Shown piece by piece: positions 39,287 through 53,626 of a stretch of 64,000 nt of DNA. How positions within the stretch are numbered: the first letter of the stretch is position 1; every line of letters starts with the position of its first letter. The translations under genes and the position numbers were made by a program. The notes beneath the pieces were generated by a model. It ran no database searches, was not told the DNA's origin, and saw nothing but the letters and a program-made list of their open reading frames with translations. Origin of the DNA: Octopus vulgaris (lineage: Eukaryota); the NCBI GenBank assembly GCA_951406725.2, contig OX597831.1, forward strand, positions 53,134,001-53,198,000, in the 5' to 3' direction.

Positions 39287-42200
39287 CAATAGTGTGTGAT
39301 TTGAGGTAGATTTAACTGCCATTTTTAATAGGTTGAGTGTCTACATAGAAACTTCTTTGATTTATTTTGTTAATGTATGTATAATAGTGTTTTATGACCA
39401 GATAGGAACTGTGAAAGTGATGTCTGATATGATGTGGAAGTAAGCTCTGTGATATGATTTTGATTTTATTAATTTTCATGTTGAAGTTACTTATTTACAT
39501 TTTCATTGCTAGTTAATGTCCTTCAGAAAGGGATGGCTGTAACATAATCTTAGTTCATCCTTCTCTATATATCTGTGTCAGATGTCAATATATTACTAAA
39601 ATGAAATGAAAAAAAATTAAATTATGGGAACAAGAATAACGGCCTCTTTTCAAAGACATTGTTATGTAAATACTTAGTCTTAAAATTCTAAAGGATTAAT
39701 GATGTGAGTGTTGAAACGAGAAAATAAGCATATACATAACATGCATGTTCTCTTGTGAAAAATTTAGCATTTGTTATGAACCCACATCCGTTTATTTTCA
39801 GTTTATTGTTGAGCAATAATGCTTTCTTACAAAACAAAAATCAAGGCTGGGTGGGCGGTATATGACATAATATTTTTCAGGGCATTAACATCGTGATTTT
39901 AAGAAATAATAGTAGTGTCTTATTGGTGTCTCAAATGTAACTGTTTCTAATTTTAAACAAATGAAGGTTATAGATGATAACCTGATTGTAAACAGCAGCA
40001 TGTTGTAGTATTAAATAGAAGCGACATCATATTGGTTTTAGTTGCTAGTCTTTATAAGTAACATTCTCTCTAGTAACATTGAACTAGTATTTGATCCAAT
40101 GGGATTGTATATTCTTACAACATAAACTAAGGCTGGTAGATTTGTTTTGTTGAAAGAGCACAATAAAACAGTTGTTATGAGATATGAGCTCTGAAGCTTT
40201 GGAAATAGCTTAATCCATCATCAGGTTTAAAAGAGTAAAGAGCCCCTCCCACCTCAATCATGAATGACCATGAGATTGCACCTAGAAAGATCCCCTCTGA
40301 AGCACAAGTCCAGACAAGGTTGTTTATGGAAGACCAGCAGTCACCCATGCATACCAGCCTCCCCTATCTATGCCACTGATGTTATCCAAGGAAAAGGCAA
40401 ATGCCAATACAGCTTGGCACCAGTGATGTTGCAACTCATTTTGATAGATGAGTGAACTGGAGCAATGTGAAATAAGATATTTCGCTCATGAACACAACAA
40501 ACAGCCCAGTTCAGGAATCAAACTCACTATCTCATGATTGTGAGCATGATGCTTTAACCACTGAGCCATGTGCCTTCACATCAGGTTTAACGCCACCAAT
40601 TAGATCTCTAATGTCTTTAGTGAGCTCCATTTTATTGCAAGCATTCGAGCCAAGTCTCCTATCTGAGGACAATCTCCTCCCTCTAATTGGAGGCCCCTAA
40701 AAAATATTATAAAAGATATCCATAAGGCAGTTGTATGTCACTTTATCCACTTAACTGTTTTACTTTGACTTAGCTGTTAAGTCGTATCCCTAAGGATTTG
40801 GGGATACACTGCTAGTATTTCTCTCTTTTACTTTTCTTAATTATTTGATTGCCTCCATGCTGGGTTATCATCTTGAAGGATTTAGTTGAAAAAATTGATT
40901 CCCTGTACATTTTTTAAGCATGGCACTAATTCTGTCAGTTGCCTTTGCCGAACCACTAAGTTATGGTAATGTAAATAAACCAGCAACACTTGTGAAGCAG
41001 TTGTGGGACAAATACAGACACACACACACACACAGAGTTTCCATTGAGCGAATTCACTCACAAAGCACTGGCCTGCTGGAGGCTATAGTAGAATACACTC
41101 ACCAGTGGGACTGAACCTGAAACCTCATGGTTGCAAAGCAATGTCTGTGCCTCTTGTACTTCTGTCCTTCAACAATACACCTTATTCTGTTTGCTTCATT
41201 CATTCTAACCAAAAACAAAGCAGCAGCCTTACATTGTGGTGTTATGAAGGTCATTGAACCACAAAGTACACACTAATATATCCAAATTTAATCCCCTGGC
41301 TGATAAAAGCTGAAGTAAAAAATATGATATGGAAACATGCATATTGAAGACACCTACCACCATTGCTAGTGTTTTTAACACTAAGTACTAATTAAATTTA
41401 ATAGGTTTGTTACATTAGTTGTGTATGTAATTTTAACTTATCTGTTAATAATGTTGGTTTGAAATTAATTCTGATCTCTATTGTTAGCTTATCTCTTCAT
41501 GGTCTTTATCTAATTGACTTAATTTGTTTGTTTTTTTCTTATATCCTACACCAACTGATTTTTTTAACCTAATCATTTTCTCAAATTTTTGCTATATTAC
41601 ATTCTCTCCTAATAAGACTAGATTAAATTAGGTTTTTTTTCTCTCTCTTTTTAATCCTTAAAATTTTTTAATTACCTTAAATTTAGTATGTATAAGTATC
41701 GGTTTCAAATTTTGACACAAGACCAGCAATTTCAGGGGAGGGAATAAGTCGAATGCAACAACCCCAGTACTCTACTGGTACTTGTGCTATTGACCCTGAA
41801 AGGACGAAAGGCAAACTCAGCCCCAGTGGCATTTGAACTCAGAATGTAAAGTCAGAAGAAATGCTGCCAAGCATTTTGTCTGGCATGCTAACGATTCTGC
41901 CAGCTTGCAGTCCTAATATTTATAAATATTAAATTCAGAAAATTTTTCAATTGAAATCTTGAGAGACAAAGTAGAAAAGAGACCACCATAAACATTGCTT
42001 ACAGACCCTTCACCTATGTTCTCTTATTATTTAGACCTAAATTAGCTCAGATCAAGCAGAATTTGTATTTAAGGACATTATTAACACCACAACTCAGTCA
42101 TGTTAATTTTTTTTTTTTTTGAGACATGACATCATGTCCTTCAGTTTTTAAGACAAAAGCATGAGATTTTTGAGATTTTGTACTTTCTAGATGATCCAGT

Positions 42201-42585
42201 AACCGCATAAGTACCTTCTCCCTCCCCTTTATTGTTTCATCAGTGTCTTGTTCTTATGATATGTTCTCTGTTTTGAGTTTCCTCTTTTCTCTCCTGTTTC
42301 TTTTTTTTAATTATTCCCAATAAATCTTTATTATGTGGTGAGCCAGCAGAATTGTTACCACATGCTTAGCAAAATTTATTCTGGCATAACAGAAATTTGT
42401 TCTGGCTCTCTATATTCCACTGAAGTCAACTTTATCTTTCATTCTTTGGGTTTGAGAAAATGAATACTAGTTGAGCACTGGGGTGAATGTAATTGATTGC
42501 CTCCTCTCCTACATTTTCAGGCCTTGTGCATGCATATAACGGAAAGAAAGAATTATTATTATTATTATCATCAAGAGGTCAAAAA

Positions 42586-42800
42586 TTGGTGAGCTGGCAG
42601 AATTGCTAGCATACCTGGGCAGAATACTTGGTGACATTTAGTCTGTCTTTATGTTCTGAGTCTAAATTCCACTGAAGTCGACTTTGCCTTTCATCATTTC
42701 GGGGATCAATAAAAATAAGTACCAGTTGGACACTGGGGTCAATGTAATCAACTTACCTCTCCCCTGGAATTGCTGGCCTTGTGCCAAAACTTGAAATTAT
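42586..42800 (+). mobile_element. tRNA-derived SINE family B (other copies 5703-5918 -, 17420-17620 -, 41697-41912 -, 45036-45247 -, 52310-52512 +, 61243-61400 +)
   Basis: GGTGAGCTGGCAGAA...GAGTTCAAAT-like B box...GACTTTGCCTTTCATC...AAGTACCAG...GGCCTTGTGCC, AT-rich tail. Confidence 0.8.
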
Positions 42801-43493
42801 CATTATAAAGAGCACGAGGGTGATGGATTGGCAGAAATGCTAATGTTGTACAAGCATTCTAATATTCGTAACACTTGCGGTATTTAGTTACGGCTCTTTA
42901 CATTCAGAGTTCCAATCCCATTAAGGTCTATCTACTTTGCTTTTCCATCCTTCAGTGGGTTGGACTGGGAAATAATAAAGTACCAGTCAAGTATGGTACT
43001 TCACCAGTATTTTAACACTTTAATATTCAGATAATGCTGACAAATATAATGCTTTTTATTCATTCATATTGTTTTGAATTAATCATGTATTATCTCAAAG
43101 CTTTGAGATATTTCAATGATGTGATTGTTTATTTTTAGAACGATATTGTAGGGTAAGTGTGAGAGGCCAGATCTGGTTGATTTTACCATAAAATGAGTAG
43201 AATATTTGGGCTGGATATGGCCAGTTTGAAAACTAAAGAGTTAAATATTGGTAACCTATGTCTCACCAAATTTTATGACCTCATGCCTTCCATCTTAGAT
43301 ATAATTCATTGAAAATGAGAGCAGAGACCAAAATATTGTCACCACATCCAATATCAATATTTCTAGTTGTATTGAATTTCCTTAGTTTGCTGTGATAGAA
43401 TTGTGCATGGTCATAAAGCTTTTTGTCAGAAGGTAAAGGTTCTTTATTAAATTAATTTTTCCATGAAACTTTATTGTAATAATGGTGTTGGCA

Positions 43494-43525
<32 letters not shown>

Positions 43526-46219
43526 GCAGCAGCAGCAGCAATACTGATAGTAAAGTAGGTCTAGAACAACCTGGATTTCTCTCCTGTAGAACTGCCTATC
43601 TTAAGTATTTTGCGAGGAGGTACTTGATAAGGTGAAAACTTTTGTGATAGTATACAGAAATGTGTGTTTAAGGTGAAGGGCGTGGAGGTAAGATATAGTA
43701 GAATTAGCATAAGACAGTTATCAGTTTACAAACTTTTAGAAGCTAAGTGCTTCTTCTTTCAGGTTAAGTAAAAGCAGCAGAGTCATGTTTGATGAAGCTG
43801 ATTGTGGTGGTGGTGATGATGATGATGATACTTTTAGGTCAAGTCTGGACAATATGCATTTTTTCTCAGGCTCTACAACCTACATAAAATTGATTTAGGT
43901 TACCACCAAAGATATCGGTGGTGGTGGTGGTGGTGGTGGTGGGGTAGTCATCAAAACCACCTTCACCAGAACTGCTATCAACTGCCAGACCCTAAAAGGT
44001 GGTGGTCCACCCTGCCCACTCTTGAAACATTTTCTCTGATTTTTTTTTCTCTTTGTTTTTTGTTGTTTTTGTCTTTTCTTTCTACAAGAGATTTTAATCT
44101 TGAATGTGTGTGTGTGTGTGTGTGTGTGTGCACGTTGCTTTGTATGATTGACTAGAGATTGTGAGATACCTTTAAAGTAGCACTTTACCTGTTTTAGATC
44201 ACAAAATCCTAATTCCCTGTAAGCTATGCGAGTAAACCACTTGAGTCCTATGCATATGGAATTTTCTCAGACAAATCAAAGCCAAATGCCTGTTCTCACA
44301 ACACTTACTGGCTGATGCACTGTCTCCTTTTTTTTTTTGAGAAAGAGAGAATTTAGCCTATGACATTTAAACCAGCCAAAATATTCTACCCGTTCTACAC
44401 TCAAATCGGCCAGATCCTGTCTCTCACACCTACCCTACAATGCCATTCTAAAAATAGACAGTTATCATCAAAACCTTGAAACTCAAGATAATACATGATT
44501 ATTCAAAACAATCATCATTATAATCATCATCATCATTGTTTAATGTCAGCTGTCCACATTTCTGCTTGTTGTAGTTTGGTTGGTTGATCATTAGTTTCTA
44601 TTCCTGCTTTTTGGTTGAGTTGGTTATTATTGGGAACAGCATTCAACCATACAAGATATTTGCTCCAAATATTAACTTTTGAAAATGTTAAGCCATCCAT
44701 ATTGGCATTGAAAGAAATTAATGTAAAATAGTTGTAGACTTCTAACATAGTCACAAGGCCACATTTGTGTGTCTGTGTGTGTGTAAAAGTGTTAAGTCTA
44801 TCCTGGTACTAACACTTTTCTGCAGTTACTTGTACTTGACTTGAGCTTATTGTTATCAACCCCTCTGTCACTCCATGAAAGATAAATGACAAAGCTGACC
44901 CTGCTGGGATTTGAACACAGAACATAAAAAGGATGGAACTAAATATTACATTACATTTTTGTCTCATATTTGTGCTATCTACCCACCTCTCGTTAAATAG
45001 TTAATAATAATAATAACAATAATGATTATAATAATTCTTTCTGCTATAGGCACAAGACTTGAAATTTGTGAGGAGGTGGCTGGTTGATTATGTCAACCCC
45101 AGTGCTCAACTGGTACTTACTATAATGGCCTTGAAAGGATAAAAGGGAAAGCTAACTGTTGCAGAATTTAAAACCAGAATTTAAAGACGGACAAAATGCT
45201 GCTAAGCATTTTGTCCAGCATGCTAACAATTCTGCCAGCTTGCCACGTTAATATGATAATAATAATAATGTTTTCAAATTCTGGCACAACACCAGCAATT
45301 TCAGAGGGAGTTTAAATCTATTACATCGACCCCCAGTGCTCAACTGGTACTTATTTTATTGATCCCAAAAGGATGAACAGCAAGGTCAACCTCAGCATAA
45401 TTTGAATAATAATAACAATAATAATAATTTTAAACACAGCTGGATATTTTGGTAGTGGGGTGGCATTGATGAGATAATAATCTGACTTGCATTTTTACTT
45501 GTTTTATTGACTTGGGGTAGGTAAAAGGCTAAGTCAAATCTTTTTACATTCCAGCTATATCCAGAGTGTCCTTTATTTAAGATTATGAATTTAGATTTGA
45601 GGGTGATTTAATTGTTATTTCTAACAGGTCAAGCAACCATTGCAGAACCCTTTTCCTCCAAGTTGATATGCGCTTGTGCGTGCGTGCACACACACACACA
45701 CACACATTTTCATATATTTCTCTACTGTGGGTCTCCTCTCATACGTTTATGTATCTGCAGGGGGTGTGGTGGTGGATTTGAAATGTGGGACAGTTTTCCT
45801 CTGTCATTAACTTCTTTTCTACTCAAAGAGATAACAGAATTTACTTATTGCTTACTCATTAGAGTTCATGACATCTAAAAAATTATTTAAGCTCCCGACC
45901 CCCCATTTATGAGTATAAGTAGGTACATTAAAAGAACCTTCTTCCTGTCTTTTCTGATAGAATTCCTGGTCTGGACATGGTTGAAGGAGATGCAATTAGA
46001 GATAGCTTCTTATAACATCAATCAATAATTATCTTATAGATGTTAGATAAAGGGTTTCAGTGTTTGAATTTGTTTTCCCTTGTAATCAGAAGTGTTTTCA
46101 ATGAGTTGTTTTTTTATATTTATTGTTATTTAATACCCATCCCCAGATATCCAGCAGATATATATGTATAATTAAAGGTGTTTCAACCATTCCCATCACG
46201 TCATATATATACACACACA

Positions 46220-47099
46220 CAAGGTCTGATCAATAAGTGTCCGGACTGTTGCCATAGTAATGAAGCTAAAGCATGCAGAGTGAAGCTGCTTGGCAAAGAT
46301 TGACCTTGGATTCTGCTGTGCATGTGCACTATGTTTTAATGTTCTATCTCACTTCTGCTGTTTACAGGAGTGCTTAGAAGGAATGTCTGTAGCGTGTGAT
46401 CATCACATTGACCATGACAGAGAAAGTTGTCATGGCGATACCTGCTCAGACGCCTAAGCAGTGTTGCAGAAAGTGCATGAGCTGCACACAAGTGTAGGAG
46501 TGGTTCAGATGTTTCCAAGATGGCCGAAAAAATGTCAATATTGACGAATGTTCTGGGAGACCCACAACCAGCAGAACTGAGAAAGACATCACAAATGTTC
46601 GTGCAGCTGTAAGGGGAAATCATCAAATCACCATCTATGAGTTATCAGAGGATGTGCAGATTAGTTATGGTTTAGTTCAGTCCTTTATCACTGAAGATTT
46701 GGGTATGAGATGCACGTCTGTCAAGTTTGTGCCAAAACTGCTTCCAGCTGACCAAAAAGACACTTGGGTTTCATTTGCACAAGATTTTCTTGATTGTGTT
46801 AAGAATGGTGAAATCTTTTTGAAAACTTTGCATAGACCTCTGAGCAAACATCGCCAAGCTTTTGGCAAAATTTGATGTAAATTTTCTGCTCAACTTTCTC
46901 TGTAATGATCAATACAATGATCACACGCTACACACCTTCCTTCCAAGCACTGCTGTAAACAGTGGAAATAAGCTAGAATGTTAAAACTTAGGGCATATGC
47001 ACAACAGAGTACAAGATCAATCTGAGCCAAGTGGCTTCACTCTGCATGCTTTAGCTTTGTTAATATAGCAACAATCCGGATACTTATTGATCAGACCAC
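46220..47099 (+). mobile_element. Internally deleted mariner element with long (~190 bp) inverted termini
   Basis: GGTCTGATCAATAAGTGTCCGGA ... TCCGGATACTTATTGATCAGACC. Transposase HTH remnant WFRCFQDGR...SGRP and QISYGLVQSFITEDLGMRCTSVKFVPKLL. Confidence 0.85.
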
Positions 47100-48375
47100 A
47101 CACACATACACATCAGAACCTGGTGCAGTTCCCCAGCTTACCAGTTTGCAATCAAACCGCCTAACCCATGCCAGCATGGAAAGCGGACGTTACAAATGAT
47201 GATAGCTATCAGCTTTAGCAGATTCTTTCTTTTAGTGGTTATCTTTGTCTAAATGCTTTTCCTTTATTTGGAAGAATGGTTTGTGACTTATTAGGGTTTG
47301 GATAATGGATAATTTTGAATGGATAAACTAACTCCTCTGAAGTTGGAAATATTGACTTAAGAAAGAAATGCATTTAATTTGTGACTATGACAGAACATAA
47401 AATACCTTCAGTTTGTCTGCTGCTTGCTATGAGGTTTCAAAGTAGTAATATATTGAATTTAGCAGGATTTGCATTACATGTACAAGTTTAGAATTTTGTT
47501 GTAAGTTTACTTGGAATTAATATTATGCTACCCCAGTTGCACCGTCCAACCCATGCCAGCATGGAAAGCGGACGCTAAATGACGATGATGATGATGATGA
47601 TGTGTATGTCTCTCTATAATTATTTTGAACAAAATAAATTTTGAGCCAGAATGAAGTGTTAATAATGTCTATGAAATATTAAATGTTATAGAGGGGTAAT
47701 TAGGAAGGTTTTTTTTAAAAATCAAGTTGGTGTCTAGTTTTGGATTCTTTATTGCAGTTACTTCCAGAAGCTAAAGTAGTTCATTTGTTGACTTTGTCTT
47801 GCACAGGACAAATAAAATCCACAAAGAACTATTGTGACTTAATAATAAATGAAAGGGTTAAGAAAATATCGGAGTTTTTATAGATAAAATTCCTTGAGAA
47901 AGATGAAACTGGGTTTTCCAAATTTTTTCATTTTTTTTAGCAGTAAAAAAGTCTGTATGTTGTTGATTGATGTCAAAAAGGATTTTTTATATGAAAGTGT
48001 TGGCCATTTCTTATTTTAAATTTAAAATTATAAACATACATACTCGTGTTGTTAGGCTACTATCTCTTATATTTTTCTTAGCATAAAATTAACCAAAATA
48101 TTTGAGAATCACTTGTTTTTTGTTGACTATAAAATGATCGCAATGTTTTTTTTTAATAACTTTAATTCTCACATTTTGTCAATCAAACTAAAAACAAACA
48201 AATAAAACCCAACAAAAACTAACTATTCCATACTAAATACTCGATATAAAAGCATCTAATATTTGTGATAAATGAGAGCTTTAGTCTGTCTTCTTAATTG
48301 GAGATTTGAGACTGTTGATGTTGAAATATTTAAGAAGCTGCTGGTTCTAAGTGGCAGGCCAGTGTCTCTTTACCC

Positions 48376-48462
48376 TTGATGTTGTTCACAGTGGAGAAAG
48401 TTTTATCTTACTTTAAATTTTACTCAGTGAGATTCAACTTCTCCAACTGCAAACTTCATCAA
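48376..48462 (+). ncRNA. mir-1175: microRNA precursor mir-1175 (5p ~48390-48412; 3p 48428-48450)
   Basis: TGAGATTCAACTTCTCCAACTGC (3p) and AGTGGAGAAAGTTTTATCTTAC (5p) match the recalled molluscan miR-1175 arms. Lower stem TTGATGTTGTT/AACTTCATCAA. It is the known cluster partner of mir-750. Confidence 0.93.
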
Positions 48463-50034
48463 TCTCTCGGACTTTCAATGGCTGCCAACAGTATGCATCT
48501 TCATTTTATTTCACTATGGTGATCGTTATTTATTTATTTATTTATTTATTTTTCTTATTTGAAATTAATTTGAAATAAATGTTTTAGTTTTATCCATTTT
48601 ATATGTTATATTTTTATTTCATATATTTTAAAATTAATTTATTATTTCTTTTGTTGCAATAAAAGTTATTAAAAAAAATCTAAAACCTCTTCATAACTTT
48701 ATTTAAAATTTTAAACAAAAATTAGTTGTTATACGATCTGTTGTTTACATTTGCAAAGAATGAATTGACTGAATGACTGAAATTAATGCAAAGCCATACA
48801 TAAGTCACTTTAATTTAATGAATTCTGTTTTTCTTTTACTTTAAATACCAATCTAGCTTTATGCAAAGTGTATAATAATTATGCTTTAAAGCATTTTCCG
48901 AAAACTAATACAATTTTCTACATGGTAAAATGTATTATTGATGAAAAATTCCAATCAAATCAAGCCATGATAGTGTGGAAGAATGACTTCAATATTTTTA
49001 TGCTAATTAATTTTGTTTATAGAATTCATCTAAATATTATTGTTGGTTGCAATAATTTAGAAATAGTAAGTCAGCTCTGTCTGAAGATTTGGTAGTAATT
49101 ATTGCTGCTAAATTCATGAATTTCTCGAATATTTTAAATAATTGTCTTAAGATCTACTGAATGGATGTCTGGAACTAAATTTGTATCTTTAACCCTTTAA
49201 CATTTAGACCAGCCATGTCCGACTCATATATTCCATCTCTTTTATGTTCAAACAGGCTAGATCATATAGCCTCTCATATCTATCCTCCAATGTCATTCTA
49301 AAAATAAACAATCACATCATTAAAATCTCGAAGTTATGAATTAATGCATGATTAATTCAAAACAATGTGAATCAATAAACATTACATTTGACAGAATGTG
49401 AATGCTAAAGGGTTAATAATGGTAAGGTTTGATGAAGTAGGTATCAGCATTTGGTTTTGCTTCACAGTAGAAAATGGGGAAGCATTAAAAATATATATAG
49501 TGTAGGAATGAATTAAGAATTGTATGAGAGCATGAGATATATTGATTACATTTATTTTAAATTAAATTATTTATATGACTTACATATCAAGTGTTATATT
49601 TGAGAGAGAAAATTGTGATACTTCATACAAGTATTTCAAGGCTATTTTCTTTGCTGAAGGTAGGGTTGCAGGCTCCATGACAGTCTTTTCCATTTTCCCC
49701 TTCCCTCTACATCTCTCCTCCCTCACACTCTTACCCTCATTTCATCCTCCATCATCTTTGTTGATGTCTTTAATGGTCTACTTTTACTTTCATATTAATT
49801 TATGACACTCTCCTAATCTACTCTCCTTCATCCGTCCTCAGCACATGAAATAAAAATTTTTTGTTGGGATGAAATAAAATTTAAATATTTTAATCTTTCT
49901 TCTAATAAATTCTCTTTCAAAGCAGTAAGTCTTTTGTTGAAGACTGCGAGTAATGAGAATGAGAATGTAATGTATGAAGTGGATGAGTTAGTAATAATCT
50001 TTGATAACTTGGACAGAAATAAATCTTTGATTCA

Positions 50035-50036
<2 letters not shown>

Positions 50037-50078
<42 letters not shown>
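50037..50078. repeat. Representative (TA)n microsatellite; many (TA)n, (CA)n, (GA)n, (CAT)n, (TAG)n and (CAC)n tracts occur throughout
   Basis: Directly visible, e.g. 4905-4940, 10838-10930, 30094-30138, 36042-36087, 58897-58948. Confidence 0.95.
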
Positions 50079-50080
<2 letters not shown>

Positions 50081-52268
50081 ACTGGTGATTGTTGATTTGA
50101 TTTTGATTATTGCTGAAAGAAAGAACTGTTAGTTACCTGCTATTTCTGACTGCTATTTACCTAAATCCTACAGATTTTAGGTTTCATGTCTAAATGGAAA
50201 AGATGACAGAAACCCTACTCATCTTTCTCTGCCTCCTTCCTCAAGGTGCTATACATTAGAAAAGAGTGTATGCTACTAAACAATAAAAAATGATTCAGTG
50301 GTCTAACTTAATGCTTGGGGAGCGTAAGGAAAATTATAGAACAACAATATCCTCATGAATTTCCCAGCTGAATTTGCAAATCTGTTCACCTTGTTCAAAT
50401 AAGAAACTAGTTCAGATCCTTTGAATTATTTGTTTTGATAATTAGGATGCTGTTTGGATAGTACCATGACAGAGATTTAACAGTTAAGGAATTTTTAGGT
50501 ACAAAATATATCAAACCCCGCAAACCCCTGTCAAGCATTCCTCCACATTTCATCTTCCTAACACTCATCACTCTTCTAACTATGGCACTACCCAGCTGCT
50601 GTTATAATTTGTGAATAGAATCAGCACATAGTTCTTCCCCACTTTTCACTATCAGTTACCTCCTGCTCCGCGAACCCAAGGAATGATAAATATATACTCA
50701 TTAAAACACATAAAACAATGAAGTAGTCTTATATGTAAGAATAACCAATCAATGTTAGAGTAGAAAGTGAGAAAATACATGTTGTATTAGACTACTAATT
50801 TGGAGTAGTTCAAATCCATAGTGTATACACCATAGTTCTTGGGAAAAGTTAGCAGACTTTCTGAGAAATTACCTGTGGCAGACTGGTATTTTGTCCTAAG
50901 GAAGCTTCTTCTACACTTACTGCTTTCAGAAACTGATAGAGCTTCCAGTGGAAAAATTGTAATGCAATATATAAGACCTTTGCTTATAATGTAAGGAATT
51001 ACCATATTTGCAGGTGTATATCTGCTTTTTTTTAATTACATTTTTAAGTATATCAGAGAATTGCTCTGCATTTAATGCACTACATTATGCATAGGAGACT
51101 GAGTATTGTAGGCTTGGAAGCTGGATGAGTGTATGTCTGTTAGGTACATTAATTGTTACTAATTATAAAATATTGAAGACAAACCAAAATATCACATTCT
51201 GTTACTATAATCTTAGAAAAAATTGCTTATGGTATGTTGGGAGTTACATGGGGAGGTAATACCATCTCATTGTACTACCTTCCCTAGCATACATAAACCA
51301 CATCTGGTTTATGTCTTACATTATTTAATAAGTGTGTTACCTTCAGGAAACATTTTTTAATTATATAAATGAAAACATTGCAAGGAAGATGAAAGGAATG
51401 TTAAACTTTCACCTTCCTGCCAGTTATTCACAATGAGTGGATGACACAAAACCATAGTTGTGGTGCACCACTCTGATGGTCAGTCGCTAGGAACACAAAA
51501 CATCACAGCCAAAAATACAAGTTTTGCATCTAATATGACAGTTCTCTTGACCAAGGTATAAACAACTGTACGGCTAATTTGAAAGAATATGAAATGGTGA
51601 CACGGTACTTGCATAACATTATTTATTTATAAGTTTATGGTTTCATACTTTCTTCCGGTATATTTCCACAACTTTGTACTTGCATGCACAGAGTCATACA
51701 TTGCCCCTACAAAAATATCTTTCAGTAAGTGTATAATGAAACACTAAAATCTGCTCTTTTCATCCCCCCCACACCAAATATATTTGTAAAATATAGTGTA
51801 TCTCATGCAAGAGTGCATCTTATATGCTGGTAAATTTGGTAACTAAGATTTTAATGTGAATGATATTAGATGTTATATAAGAAATGTTTAATGTAATTTG
51901 TTTCCTTGTAAACAATATTTCCAGCTGTTTCTTGTAAGTTTATATGCATTAAAGTTTAAGATTTACTGATTATCCCCAGTGCTTACTATTGAACAATCCT
52001 CATAGAATTAAGTGACTATAAAAGACAAGAAACAGTGTGTCTCAACATGTGAATTGACTACCTGAGTATTGGGCTTGATGTAAATGACTTACCCTTTCCT
52101 ATTAAAATCACTGGCTTTGCAGCAAAATTTGAAACCATTATCCTTTCATCCATTTGAGGATTGATAAAAAAAATACCAATTGAATACTGGGGTTGATGTA
52201 TTTAACTAACCCCTAGAATTACTGGCCTTGTGCTAAAGTTTGAAACTGCCACCACCACCACCACCACC

Positions 52269-52300
<32 letters not shown>

Positions 52301-52977
52301 TATTATTATTGCTGGCAGAATTATTAGCACACCATGCAAAATACTAAGCAGCATTTCGTCTGTCACTATGTTCTGAGTTCAAATTCCGTCGAGGTCAGCT
52401 TTGCCTTTCCTCCTTTTGGGGTCAAGAAATCAAGTACCAGTGAAACACTGGGTTCGATGTAATCGACTAGTCCCCTCCCCCAAAATTTCTGGCCTTGTGC
52501 CTTTAGCAGAAAAAATTAGGACTATTATTATTATAAGCTAATACCAACTGTAATACAAGCAACTTACACAAGTCACTTACCTTTTACTTGTGTCAGTCAT
52601 TGGACTGCAGCCATTCTAGGACACTGCCATGAAGGGGTTTTATTGAATGAATCAACCCAATACTTATTTTTTAAAGCCTGGAACTTATTCTGCTGGTCGA
52701 TCATTGTTTGTTGAGCAGTGGTGGAAAGCAAATGCAAAGGCACACATACACACACACATATATATACACTCACACATACAATATATTGCATACATCCATA
52801 CAATGGGCTTCTTTCAGTCTTCATCTACCAAATTCATTCACGAGCCTTTGGTTGGCCTGCAACTAAACTTGGAAAACACCTGGCCAAGGTGCCACACAGT
52901 GGGACTGAACCTAAAGCCATGTGCTTGTGAAGCAAACTGCTTACCACACAGCTACATCTGCAATTGTAGATATTGTT

Positions 52978-53626
52978 TTAACCCTTTCAATACCAACCCA
53001 GCTGAAACTGACTCTGGCTCTGTAGTACAAATGTCTTGTTTTCATAAGTTTTCAATTAAAATCTTCCACTAAATCTTACTCTTTTACTTGTTTCAGTCAT
53101 TTGACTGTGGCCATGTTGGAGCAAGTGATAATTTTGAGAACATGTTGGGGTCAAGCAAATCGACTCCAGGACTTATTCTTTTGTAAGCCTAGTACTTATT
53201 CTATTGGTCTCTTTTGCCAAACCGCTAAGTTATGGGGATGTAAACACACCAGCATCGGTTGTCAAGCGATGTTAGGGGGATAAACACATACACACAAACA
53301 TATACACACACGCATACATATATACATATATACGATAGGCTTCTTTCAGTTTCCATCTACCAAATCCACTCACAAGGCTTTGGTCAGCCTGAGGCTATAG
53401 TAGAAGACACATGCCCAAGTGCCACGCAGTGGGACTGAACCCGGAACCATGTGGTTGGTAAGCAAGCTACTTACCACACAGCCACTCCTATGCCTTAGTC
53501 ATAATTTATGTTCCTAACATCAACTTAATGATAACTAAGTTATTTTACTAAATTTTTTGGTATATTTAAAATTAATTGAAAGAAACACAGGGCATCTCAA
53601 AATAAATATGGTAACAAAAGGATTAA
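52978..53626. mobile_element. piggyBac-like TTAA MITE, family 2, split by a SINE (other copies 37567-37795, 38633-38840)
   Basis: TTAACCCTTTCAATACCAA ... ATGGTAACAAAAGGATTAA. The halves are colinear with the uninterrupted copies. Confidence 0.7.
53079..53494 (-). mobile_element. tRNA-derived SINE family A, near full length (other copies e.g. 8458-8864 +, 23756-24138 +, 35634-36020 -, 59416-59833 +, 55494-55660 +)
   Basis: Head GGAGTGGCTGTGTGGTAAG...GGTTCAGTCCC (A/B boxes), internal (TG/TA)n tract, tail ...TGACTGAAACAAGTAAAAGA; repeated many times in the window. Confidence 0.85.

Noticed and set aside
53420-53494. tRNA-like A/B box sequences
   Set aside because: These are SINE heads repeated many times, with no intact cloverleaf.
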